Sequence record: DRR723986_1437
DNA length: 20,000 nt
Direction: 5' to 3' (one strand)
Below the pieces are notes generated by a model. The model was not told the DNA's origin. It searched no databases and was given only the letters and a program-made list of their open reading frames with translations. A program made the translations under genes and the position numbers. This document shows positions 8,767 through 16,727 of this stretch, piece after piece. The number at the start of each line of letters is the position of its first letter. The stretch's first letter is position 1.

Positions 8767-8794
8767 TGAGTAGTCGCGTGCATGAAGTGGTTCC
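8767..8794 (-). promoter_or_regulatory. ECF-sigma (hrp-box-like) promoter GGAACC-N15-CTACTCA
   Basis: Minus strand reads GGAACCACTTCATGCACGCGACTACTCA, one mismatch from the hrp box; ends 28 nt before ATG 8738. Confidence 0.65.
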
Positions 8795-9031
8795 ATTCCT
8801 GTTCAGAACACCTCCACCCATTTGTAGCCCCAAATTACACCTCATCAAATAATTCATTCAACGAAGGTTTCCTGATACATTCGAAGAGATGATCGTACAC
8901 ACCGGCTGCAGATCGAACTTCCTCGACGACGAGTCATACGATCAAATTCAAGAAGTCTTTCACCGACAAGAAAACACGCACAAACTTTCAGGTACCGGTG
9001 AATGGTTTTCAAACACATGGAGGCCGTACCC

Positions 9032-9529
9032 ATGTTGAACAAATATGAGGGGTTGAACCTGCCGATCGTGCAAGCCTGTCAGAATGCCGCCAACAGCGTA
9101 CCGGTTATCGATTTGAAGTTAGCCGCCGAGCAGTTTGGCAACTACCAACAGGCTGACACGTTTGACCATGTAGTACTGCCCGCACACCTGCACGCGAGCG
9201 AAGGCTATTTTTTAGCCCGCGTTGAAGGTGATTCAATGAACAAACGCATACCACCGGGTGCATGGTGCCTCTTTCACTTCAACCCGCAAGGCACACGCAA
9301 CGGAAAAATTGTACTGGTACAACACCGCCGCATTTCAGACCCTGAACTGGGTGGGCAATACACCATTAAACGCTACAAAAGCGAAAAACATTTCGGTGAA
9401 AATGGCGTAGTGAACAGCGTGATTGTGTTGAAACCCGAATCGACGAACGACAAGCATGAAGCGATTGTGCTGAGCGCTGAGGATGCGGAAGAAATGGTGG
9501 TGGTGGCGGAGTTTCTGACGGTGGTTTGA
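9032..9529 (+). CDS. Stand-alone S24 (LexA/UmuD-like Ser-Lys) peptidase domain protein without HTH
   Basis: VEGDSMN (catalytic Ser), YTIKRY (catalytic Lys); GGAGG RBS 8 nt before ATG 9032. Confidence 0.8.
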   Translation: MLNKYEGLNLPIVQACQNAANSVPVIDLKLAAEQFGNYQQADTFDHVVLPAHLHASEGYFLARVEGDSMNKRIPPGAWCLFHFNPQGTRNGKIVLVQHRRISDPELGGQYTIKRYKSEKHFGENGVVNSVIVLKPESTNDKHEAIVLSAEDAEEMVVVAEFLTVV

Positions 9530-9619
9530 AGGGTTTGCTGTTGTTATTCTTCATCACCTTCACTCACCCCCGTCAATTCAAACCAAACCATCCCCCTCAA
9601 CCGCTTGGAATAACCCTTC

Positions 9620-9651
9620 ATTTCTACCCCTTAAAACCTTTCACGCATACT
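9620..9651 (+). promoter_or_regulatory. Putative promoter ATTTCTACCC-N16-CATACT upstream of the toxin-immunity pair
   Basis: Same 10-mer and same spacing to a -10-like hexamer as upstream of hcp (12100-12131, -). Confidence 0.5.
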
Positions 9652-9682
9652 GCGGCTTGCCTCGTTTTTATCTTGCTTCGTC

Positions 9683-10711
9683 ATGAACACCCAAGCCCGC
9701 ACATTTCACGAAGACCACCTGAAGCGCAAAGCGCAATCGCTGCAACTGGCCTACACACGTGCGCTAAATAACCACGATGGTTCAGCACCGCTATACCTGT
9801 ATCAGGAAATGGATTTTCTGGGCCACTTTGAACCCGACAACCATGTAAGCCTGGCGATGGTGCCAGAGGTAATGCAGCAAGACCCTGTGGCTGGGGTCAT
9901 GCTGATGACATCGCAATTGAACACACAGCAAACCAGTTCGCTAGTAGGTGCATTTGAAAAGGGCACAGTGAGCGCTGCCCTGCTTGCTCAGTTGTTTGGT
10001 GCAACCAACCTGCCAGGTAACCTGGCTAATTTGATCGAGGCTGCTGCCAAAGCGCGCTTTACTTCAAAAATGAAAACTGAATTGCGAGCCACACTGGCCA
10101 GCGGTAAACCGCGCACGGTGAAACTTGGCAACGGTGTGGAACTGAAAGCTGTGGGCCTTAAAGGCCCAAACCAGTTTGGCAAACACGCCGATGTGCTTAT
10201 TCGCGTTCGTCAAACCAATGCCAAACAAATTACCTTGCTAGAGAAAAATCAATTTCAACAAATCAGCAAGAACATGAGCACCAAATCACAGGGGCACAAC
10301 GCATTCAAATATGACAAGGTACTCAGCTTGAGCAGGCAAGCCTCGGATGAAATGTGGGAGTTACGCAGGCTGACTGGAGCACCCTGGTTAAGCTCTATCA
10401 AAGTTGGTGGTGTTCTTGGCCTAGCGCCAACTTTAATCAGCGACATCATGAACAACTACAACCACCACGCCACTTTGGGACAACGTGTCAACTGGCAACA
10501 ATTCGGTGTGGATACGGCAACCAATCAAACCGGCAATTTGCTGGCAATGGGTGGAGGCGCAATAGTGGCAACATTGGCAATCGCAGGTGGCTTAGCTGGG
10601 GCGCCGTTAGTCATAGTTGCCTTAGGCGCTGGTTTATTCATTGGGGCACTTTACCAAGCCACTGCTGCGGATGACTGGGTAAAGAACAAAGCAAAGATTC
10701 TGTTCAACTAA
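9683..10711 (+). CDS. Hypothetical protein, candidate membrane-active (colicin-like hydrophobic hairpin) toxin/effector
   Basis: 342-aa ORF with no signal peptide, a basic middle region and a C-terminal Gly/Ala-rich hydrophobic hairpin (LLAMGGGAIVATLAIAGGLAGAPLVIVALGAGLFIGAL). The ORF is solid; the function is inferred. Confidence 0.6.
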   Translation: MNTQARTFHEDHLKRKAQSLQLAYTRALNNHDGSAPLYLYQEMDFLGHFEPDNHVSLAMVPEVMQQDPVAGVMLMTSQLNTQQTSSLVGAFEKGTVSAALLAQLFGATNLPGNLANLIEAAAKARFTSKMKTELRATLASGKPRTVKLGNGVELKAVGLKGPNQFGKHADVLIRVRQTNAKQITLLEKNQFQQISKNMSTKSQGHNAFKYDKVLSLSRQASDEMWELRRLTGAPWLSSIKVGGVLGLAPTLISDIMNNYNHHATLGQRVNWQQFGVDTATNQTGNLLAMGGGAIVATLAIAGGLAGAPLVIVALGAGLFIGALYQATAADDWVKNKAKILFN

Positions 10712-10730
10712 TCAAAATTAGGACTGAATA

Positions 10731-11603
10731 ATGTCACTCAGCGCACCACCGCCTCAACACAACTTTATCGCGATTCTGTTAAGTAGCTGCTTTGTTCTGC
10801 TTATGGCGGAGATCCCGTTTTTGTTTACTACAGACTGGACCATTTCAGATGCGATTTTTGCGATCACACTTAATTTACTGCTCTCTTTTGCTCTCTGGTA
10901 CTGGTGGCTTTTTGGAAGTAAAAGACCGATTCGCTCTGTCTTGATTTTTCAGTTTTCTCTTTTGTTAATCGTGCATCCATTCATCATTGGCATACATCAC
11001 TGGGATCTTGTGAGTGGCTCTGGTGACATCTTGGCATTGAGTGGTTGGATTGAATTTATCAATCCAAACTTCGCCCTTCTCGTACTGATTACTTCCACAT
11101 TGGGAGCCTACGCAATCGCTCGAAATCGATCAGATCAACAATCTTTACGATCTTATTCAACCATCGAATGGACTTTATTGACCATCGACCTAAAGAGCCG
11201 AACCTTCGGCTCAATGAAAAATCTTCCTTTCATTCACTGGTTATATTGGCCACTTTGCCTAATTGGTGGAGCTTATCTTTTTTGGTTTATCAATGAATTT
11301 GCAGATCAACCTGGATTAGTCTCAAACGTAAAAATAATTGGAATCGTTCAGATGATCACAATGATCCTCGCCTATCGTGTCGGACTATTTCTAGGTGAAG
11401 GTTTCCGCTTAATTCAGATTGAGAAAATGACTTCTGGCACTCGGTTCCATCTGGAAAATCTCGATGAATTCATAAAATGGCGCCACGACTACGTGAAGTA
11501 CCACCTGCCCGCCCCAATCCGAAAACTCAACCTGAGGCTGTTCAACCAACATGTGGAGGCGTATGAACGCCTCCAGAGCGAAGTTAAATCTTCATGCACT
11601 TAA
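10731..11603 (+). CDS. Polytopic inner-membrane protein (about 6 TM), candidate immunity protein
   Basis: 19 nt after the upstream stop, AGGA RBS, multiple hydrophobic segments, visibly AT-richer than flanking genes. Confidence 0.65.
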   Translation: MSLSAPPPQHNFIAILLSSCFVLLMAEIPFLFTTDWTISDAIFAITLNLLLSFALWYWWLFGSKRPIRSVLIFQFSLLLIVHPFIIGIHHWDLVSGSGDILALSGWIEFINPNFALLVLITSTLGAYAIARNRSDQQSLRSYSTIEWTLLTIDLKSRTFGSMKNLPFIHWLYWPLCLIGGAYLFWFINEFADQPGLVSNVKIIGIVQMITMILAYRVGLFLGEGFRLIQIEKMTSGTRFHLENLDEFIKWRHDYVKYHLPAPIRKLNLRLFNQHVEAYERLQSEVKSSCT

Positions 11604-12065
11604 TACAATTAAAGCCGGCGGTGACAGTAGCACCGCCCGTGCCATCGCAGTTTTGCGGTTTGTATTCTTCCTTGTATTCCGTGAACGCAAAGGTGACCAC
11701 CTCAAGGTCACCATCGTCACCAGCACCCAACGAAATATCAATGTCGCTCACAATCACGTCTTTGAAAGTAATGCGCAAATATTCAAGCGGAACAAGACCC
11801 GACTTTCTCTTGGTCAACACCATGTTGTCGTAAAGCTGACCGATACAGGTTTGTGCATGCAGCGTGGGAGAAGCACGGTCCACGCGCTTTTCAACACGTA
11901 AAGATTTCACTTCCGCGCGCCCTGCAGGTGCCAGTACACCCCCATTGGCACCCACCTCCACCGCATGCCCCAACGTGCACTTAGCAGCTCCATTTCGCCC
12001 GCATGCTTCAAGTCAACCGACTCGCCTTTCACATTGCCCAATTTCAAAAACAGATCTGCTGGCAT
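11584..12065 (-). pseudogene. hcp: T6SS tube protein Hcp (TssD) with a 1-nt frameshift near 11963-11971
   Basis: Frame A from ATG 12065 (GGAG RBS): MPADLFLKLGNVKGESVDLKHAGEMELLSARWG. Frame B: ...GRAEVKSLRVEKRVDRASPTL...PLEYLRITFKDVIVS...EVVTFAFTEYKEEYKPQ. The span is 482 nt; adding 1 nt gives a 160-aa Hcp. Confidence 0.88.
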
Positions 12066-12099
12066 CGTGCCCCAACTCCAAGAATTTAAATAATCAGGA

Positions 12100-12131
12100 A
12101 GTGTAGTCAGCCAGCTATAGAGGGTAGAAAT
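12100..12131 (-). promoter_or_regulatory. Putative hcp promoter ATTTCTACCC-N16-TACACT
   Basis: Mirror of the 9620-9651 element; insulated from nrdB by a terminator. Confidence 0.5.
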
Positions 12132-12174
12132 TTAGGTTGCTGTCACCCACTCAGGGTGATACTTGAAAGGCCCA

Positions 12175-12207
12175 AATAAAAAAGCAGCCCGAAGGCTGCT
12201 TTCTTTT
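12175..12207 (-). terminator. Rho-independent terminator of nrdB (possibly bidirectional)
   Basis: Minus strand AAAGCAGCC-TTCG-GGCTGCTTT-TTTATTT: 9-bp stem, C(UUCG)G tetraloop, U-tract. Confidence 0.9.
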
Positions 12208-12231
12208 ACATCACGGCTTGCAACTGGAAAA

Positions 12232-13434
12232 TTAATCCCAGCTCAACGCACCACCAGTTTGGTACTCAGTCACACGGCGCTCAAAGAAGTTGGTTTCTTT
12301 CTTCAAGTCCATCATTTCGCTCATCCATGGGAATGGGTTGGTTGCGCCTTCGTACAAGGTGCCCAAGCCAATCTGGTTGGAACGGCGGTTGCAAATAAAC
12401 TTCATGTATTCCATAAACTGGGCAGAATTCAGGCCCAACACGCCGCGTGGCATGGTGTCTACGGCATACGCGTGTTCAAGTTCAACCGCCTTGCGGAACA
12501 TGGCCTTGATCTCTTCCTTGAATTCCGGGGTCCACAGGTGTGGGTTTTCCAGTTTCACGGTGTTGATCAGGTCGATACCGAATGTGCAGTGTGCAGACTC
12601 GTCGCGCAAAATGTACTGGAACTGCTCGGCAGCACCAATCATCTTGTTTTGGCGACCCAGCGCCAGAATTTGCACAAAGCCCACGTAGAAGAACATGCCT
12701 TCCATGATGCAAGCAAAAGCGATCAAGCTCTTCAGCAGTTTCTGGTCGTTTTCCAGCGTACCGGTTTTGAACTCGGGGTCAGTCAACACATCGATGAACG
12801 GAATCAGGAATTCGTCTTTGTCACGAATGCATTTGATTTCGTTGTACGCATTGAAGGTTTCCGCTTCAGGAATACCCAGGCTTTCTACGATGTACTGGTA
12901 AGCATGGGTGTGAATGGCTTCATCAAACGCCTGGCGCAGCAAAAACTGGCGGCACTCGGGCGCTGTAATGTGGCGGTAAGTACCCAGCACAATGTTGTTG
13001 GCAGCCAGTGAGTCGGCCGTTACAAAAAAGCCCAGGTTACGCTTCACGATCAGGCGCTCGTCTTCGGTCAAACCGTTGGGGTCTTTCCAAAGCGCAATGT
13101 CGCGATCCATGTTGATTTCTTGCGGCATCCAGTGGTTGGCGCACTGGCTCAAATACTTTTCCCAAGCCCACTTGTACTTGAAGGGCACCAGCTGGTTAAC
13201 GTCGGTTGTACCGTTAATTACACGCTTGTCGGCGGCGTTTACACGGCCTGCTTTCGCACCTTCAGCAGCGGGCTGCACCACAGGGCGCGCAGCTTGCTGA
13301 TACAAACCTTGGCTGGCTGGCGCAGCAAAACCCGAAGCCACAGAACCCATGGCGGGCGGCATTTGCACGGGGGGCTTGGCAGCAGTTGCTGTTTTGCCCA
13401 TGGCTGCATCAAATTCATCGTCCCAAGACAGCAT
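12232..13434 (-). CDS. nrdB: Ribonucleotide-diphosphate reductase class Ia beta subunit
   Basis: Di-iron ligands [13 protein letters not shown] (radical Tyr), MEGMFFY, RDESAH; C-terminal [20 protein letters not shown] before ATG 13434. Confidence 0.97.
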   Translation of the reverse strand: MLSWDDEFDAAMGKTATAAKPPVQMPPAMGSVASGFAAPASQGLYQQAARPVVQPAAEGAKAGRVNAADKRVINGTTDVNQLVPFKYKWAWEKYLSQCANHWMPQEINMDRDIALWKDPNGLTEDERLIVKRNLGFFVTADSLAANNIVLGTYRHITAPECRQFLLRQAFDEAIHTHAYQYIVESLGIPEAETFNAYNEIKCIRDKDEFLIPFIDVLTDPEFKTGTLENDQKLLKSLIAFACIMEGMFFYVGFVQILALGRQNKMIGAAEQFQYILRDESAHCTFGIDLINTVKLENPHLWTPEFKEEIKAMFRKAVELEHAYAVDTMPRGVLGLNSAQFMEYMKFICNRRSNQIGLGTLYEGATNPFPWMSEMMDLKKETNFFERRVTEYQTGGALSWD

Positions 13435-13459
13435 ATTTTCTAACTCCTTAACTAATACA

Positions 13460-13475
13460 CTGTATAAAGTCACAG
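13460..13475. promoter_or_regulatory. LexA (SOS) box CTGT-ATAAAGTC-ACAG upstream of nrdB
   Basis: Exact CTGT-N8-ACAG inside the extended dyad ACACTGT-N8-ACAGTGT (13457-13478), just downstream of a -10 element. Confidence 0.75.
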
Positions 13476-13479
13476 TGTC

Positions 13480-13508
13480 ATTATGTTCATTTTTATTCAC
13501 TTGGGCAA
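13480..13508 (-). promoter_or_regulatory. Internal sigma70 promoter for nrdB, TTGCCC-N17-CATAAT
   Basis: -35 at 13508-13503, -10 at 13485-13480, 17-nt spacer. Confidence 0.65.
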
Positions 13509-13527
13509 GTCTTGGCCACTTGCCCAA
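13501..13527. repeat. Perfect 10-bp inverted repeat TTGGGCAAGT-N7-ACTTGCCCAA in the nrdA-nrdB spacer
   Basis: Seen directly; no U-tract in the nrd direction, so more likely an mRNA stability/processing hairpin than a terminator. Confidence 0.7.
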
Positions 13528-13552
13528 ATCGCTGGTCTTTTATTCAAAAAAC

Positions 13553-16489
13553 TTACTGGCAAGCCTCGCACTCGTCGAAGCCAGCATCGCCTGGGCGCAT
13601 GGTGCACACCTTGCCCTCAATCTCAGGTTCAGGCAGGTTGGGCACCAAGCCAGTGGCCGGGGCTGATGTAAACGCGGCAGAGGCACCACCTTCAGCATTC
13701 ACCGAGTTCAGTTCACCACCGCTCAAAGTGGATTTCTCTGCATGGGTAGCACCGATCGTGCGTAGGTAGTAGGTTGTTTTCAAACCGCGCAACCAGGCCA
13801 ATTTGTAAGTGTCATCCAGGCGTTTACCGCTAGCACCCGCCATGTAAATGTTCAAGCTTTGGCCTTGGTCAATCCATTTCTGGCGACGGGCTGCCGCTTC
13901 AACCAACCAACGCGGGTCCATTTCAAAGGCTGTGGCATACAGGCGCTTCAAATCTTCCGGAATGCGATCAATCTTCATCACAGAACCGTCAAAGTACTTC
14001 AGGTCGGCAATCATGACTTCGTCCCAAATACCCAAGCGCTTCAAGTCGCGCACCAGGTGTTCGTTCACGATGGTGAATTCGCCACTCAGGTTCGATTTCA
14101 CATACAGGTTCTGGAATGTCGGCTCGATCGATGCAGCCACACCAATAATGTTGGAAATGGTTGCTGTGGGTGCAATGGCCACACAGTTGGAGTTGCGCAT
14201 GCCGTGCTTCTTGATGCGTGCACGCAGAGCGTCCCAATCCATACGGCTGCTTGTATCCACTTCCACGTAACCGCCGCGCTCTTCTTCCAGCAACTTCAGT
14301 GAATCCAAAGGCATGATGCCCTTGTCCCACAGCGAGCCCTTGAAGGTGCTATAGGCGCCGCGCTCGGCGGCCAGTTCTGTGGATGCTTCATAAGCGTAGT
14401 AGCAAATGGCTTCCATGCTTTCGTCGGCAAACTCAACTGCATCGCGGCTTGCATAGGGTTTGCGCATCATGTGCAAGGCATCCTGGAAGCCCATCATGCC
14501 CAAGCCCACCGGGCGGTGACGCAGGTTGGAATTGCGCGCCTTGGCCACTGCGTAGTAGTTGATGTCGATCACGTTGTCCAGCATACGCATGGCCACGCCC
14601 ACGGTTTTCTGCAGTTTCTCGTGGTCCAGCACCAGCTCGCCGTTGTCGGCAGGCTTCAAGTGGCGTGTCAGGTTCACAGAACCGAGGTTACACACCGCAA
14701 TTTCGTTTTCGTTGGTGTTCAGGGTAATTTCTGTACACAGGTTGGACGAGTGCACCACGCCCACATGTTGCTGGGGGCTGCGAATGTTGCAAGGGTCTTT
14801 GAAAGTAATCCAGGGGTGTCCGGTTTCAAACAGCATGGAGAGAATTTTTCTCCACAGCTTGGCTGCTTCCACGGTTTTGAACAACTTCAAATCGCCACGC
14901 GCGGCTTTCTCTTCATAGCCCACATAGGCTTTTTCGAAGGCCTTGCCATACAGGTCGTGAAGATCAGGTACGTCGGATGGGCTGAACAGTGTCCAATTGC
15001 CACCTTCCATCACACGCTTCATGAACAGGTCGGGAATCCAGTTCGCGGTGTTCATGTCGTGGGTGCGGCGGCGGTCATCGCCAGTGTTCTTGCGCAATTC
15101 CAGGAATTCTTCGATGTCCAGATGCCATGTTTCCAGGTAAGCACACACCGCGCCTTTGCGCTTGCCACCCTGGTTTACGGCCACTGCGGTATCGTTCACC
15201 ACTTTCAGGAAAGGCACCACACCTTGTGACTTGCCATTGGTGCCTTTGATGTGGCTGCCCAAGGCGCGAACTGGCGTCCAGTCATTGCCCAGGCCACCAG
15301 CAAACTTGGAAAGCAATGCGTTTTCCTTGATGCCTTCGTAAATATCGTCCAGGTCGTCACCAATGGTGGTGAGGTAGCAAGAAGACAACTGCGAGCGAAT
15401 GGTGCCGCTGTTAAACAATGTGGGCGTAGAGCTCATGAAGTCGAATGTCGACAACACTTCATAGAATTCAATGGCGCGTGCTTCACGGTCCACTTCATTG
15501 AGGGCCAGGCCCATGGCCACGCGCATGTAAAACGCCTGTGGCATTTCAATGCGGGTGCCTTCCACGTGCAGGAAGTAGCGGTCGTACAAGGTTTGCAGGC
15601 CGAGGTAATCGAACTGCAAATCGCGTTCGTACTTCAGGGCTGCGCCCAACTTCTTCATATCAAACTGTGCCAGGCGATTATCGAGCAGGCCAGCAGCAAT
15701 GCCCTTCTTGATGAACTGGGGGAAGTACTCGGGGTACACCTGCGCCATTTCATCTTGCGCAATTTCGCGGCCGATAATTTCACGGCGGATGGTGTGCAGC
15801 AACAAGCGCGAGGTCACCAGTGTGTAACTGGGTTCGTTCTCGATCATGGCACGTGAGGCCAAAATCGCGGACTTGAACACTTCGTCGATTTTCACGCCGT
15901 CATACAGGTTCTTCAGGGTTTCTTTCTGAAGGTGTGCAACGTCAATTTCATTCAGGCCAACAGCCGCGCTTTCAATCAGCGCTTTCAGCGCTTCAACATC
16001 CAGAGGGCGCTTGATGTCGCCGTCGATCACATTCAGGGCATGTTGCTCGGCCTGTTCAACCTGCTTGGCTGCACGCTCTTGCGCACGGCGTTCACGGTAC
16101 AGCACATAGGCACGCGCCACTTCGGCCTCGCCGGAGCGCATCAGGGCCAGTTCAACCTGGTCTTGAATGTCTTCAATATGGAAAATGCCGCCAGAAGGCT
16201 GGCGACGCACCAAGGCGTTCACCACGCTGCCGGTCATTTGCTCAACCAGTTCGCGGATGCGTGCAGAAGCGGCACCCTGGCCACCATTCACCGCCAAAAA
16301 TGCTTTGGTCATGGCCACGGCAATTTTGCTGGGCTCAAAACCAACCACGGCACCATTTCGGCGAATAATTTTGTAGTTTGAGTACGCGCTGTCGACCACG
16401 GGCGCTGCACCTGCAGGCTTTAAGGTGGACAAGGGCGCACCAGTTGCCAAATTGCTCGCCAAATCTGAGGGTCCATGGCTAGTTAGCAT
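13553..16489 (-). CDS. nrdA: Ribonucleotide-diphosphate reductase class Ia alpha subunit
   Basis: N-terminal ATP cone (IIRRNGAVVGFEPSKI), SSCYL, SSNLCTEI, VCNLGS, APTATIS, KTTYYLR, C-terminal CEACQ; AGGAG RBS before ATG 16489. Confidence 0.98.
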   Translation of the reverse strand: MLTSHGPSDLASNLATGAPLSTLKPAGAAPVVDSAYSNYKIIRRNGAVVGFEPSKIAVAMTKAFLAVNGGQGAASARIRELVEQMTGSVVNALVRRQPSGGIFHIEDIQDQVELALMRSGEAEVARAYVLYRERRAQERAAKQVEQAEQHALNVIDGDIKRPLDVEALKALIESAAVGLNEIDVAHLQKETLKNLYDGVKIDEVFKSAILASRAMIENEPSYTLVTSRLLLHTIRREIIGREIAQDEMAQVYPEYFPQFIKKGIAAGLLDNRLAQFDMKKLGAALKYERDLQFDYLGLQTLYDRYFLHVEGTRIEMPQAFYMRVAMGLALNEVDREARAIEFYEVLSTFDFMSSTPTLFNSGTIRSQLSSCYLTTIGDDLDDIYEGIKENALLSKFAGGLGNDWTPVRALGSHIKGTNGKSQGVVPFLKVVNDTAVAVNQGGKRKGAVCAYLETWHLDIEEFLELRKNTGDDRRRTHDMNTANWIPDLFMKRVMEGGNWTLFSPSDVPDLHDLYGKAFEKAYVGYEEKAARGDLKLFKTVEAAKLWRKILSMLFETGHPWITFKDPCNIRSPQQHVGVVHSSNLCTEITLNTNENEIAVCNLGSVNLTRHLKPADNGELVLDHEKLQKTVGVAMRMLDNVIDINYYAVAKARNSNLRHRPVGLGMMGFQDALHMMRKPYASRDAVEFADESMEAICYYAYEASTELAAERGAYSTFKGSLWDKGIMPLDSLKLLEEERGGYVEVDTSSRMDWDALRARIKKHGMRNSNCVAIAPTATISNIIGVAASIEPTFQNLYVKSNLSGEFTIVNEHLVRDLKRLGIWDEVMIADLKYFDGSVMKIDRIPEDLKRLYATAFEMDPRWLVEAAARRQKWIDQGQSLNIYMAGASGKRLDDTYKLAWLRGLKTTYYLRTIGATHAEKSTLSGGELNSVNAEGGASAAFTSAPATGLVPNLPEPEIEGKVCTMRPGDAGFDECEACQ

Positions 16490-16554
16490 GCATCTTTCTC
16501 CTGGAATAAACGTGTTCTTGAGGGTTTGTTTTTGTAGTGGGGCAAAACTGGCAA

Positions 16555-16601
16555 CCACTATATCTTGTGTTTTGTATGTGGCTTGAAACTAATTGTAGTG
16601 G
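16555..16601. promoter_or_regulatory. Tandem NrdR boxes (CCACTATATCTTGTGT 16555-16570; AAACTAATTGTAGTGG 16586-16601)
   Basis: Match to acaCwAtATaTwGtgt with 31-bp spacing; the distal box overlaps the -10. Confidence 0.85.
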
Positions 16602-16620
16602 TCGAAACACAATTTGGCAA
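16592..16620 (-). promoter_or_regulatory. nrdA sigma70 promoter TTGCCA-N17-TACAAT
   Basis: Near-consensus hexamers with a 17-nt spacer. Confidence 0.8.
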
Positions 16621-16627
16621 ACACTTT

Positions 16628-16690
16628 CTTATCCCCAACTTGTGCACAGAGTTATCCCCTGTGAACAAGTTGGGGACAAGCGTGGGATAA
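16628..16690. promoter_or_regulatory. Cluster of about 6 DnaA-box-like 9-mers upstream of the nrdA -35
   Basis: TTATCCCCA, TTGTGCACA, TTATCCCCT on +; TTGTTCACA, TTGTCCCCA, TTATCCCAC on -, compared with TTWTNCACA. Confidence 0.7.
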
Positions 16691-16702
16691 CTGCAGTGCA
16701 AC

Positions 16703-16727
16703 AAAAAAACGGCCTTTTAAAGGCCGT
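16703..16727 (-). terminator. Rho-independent terminator overlapping the ampD stop
   Basis: Minus strand ACGGCCTTT-A-AAAGGCCGT followed by a T-run. Confidence 0.7.

Noticed and set aside
8800-9682. SOS box controlling the S24 gene or toxin (colicin-like induction)
   Set aside because: No CTGT-N8-ACAG found by eye in these intergenic regions.
12143-12159. Short inverted repeat TCACCC-N5-GGGTGA upstream of hcp
   Set aside because: Only 6 bp with no second copy; cannot be distinguished from chance.
13435-13527. N-terminal extension of NrdB given by the ORF track (likewise NrdA 16490-16558 and Ffh 18319-18459)
   Set aside because: Family-typical N-termini and RBS-like sequences point to the downstream ATGs; the NrdB and NrdA extensions run through regulatory DNA and the Ffh one overlaps the divergent gene.
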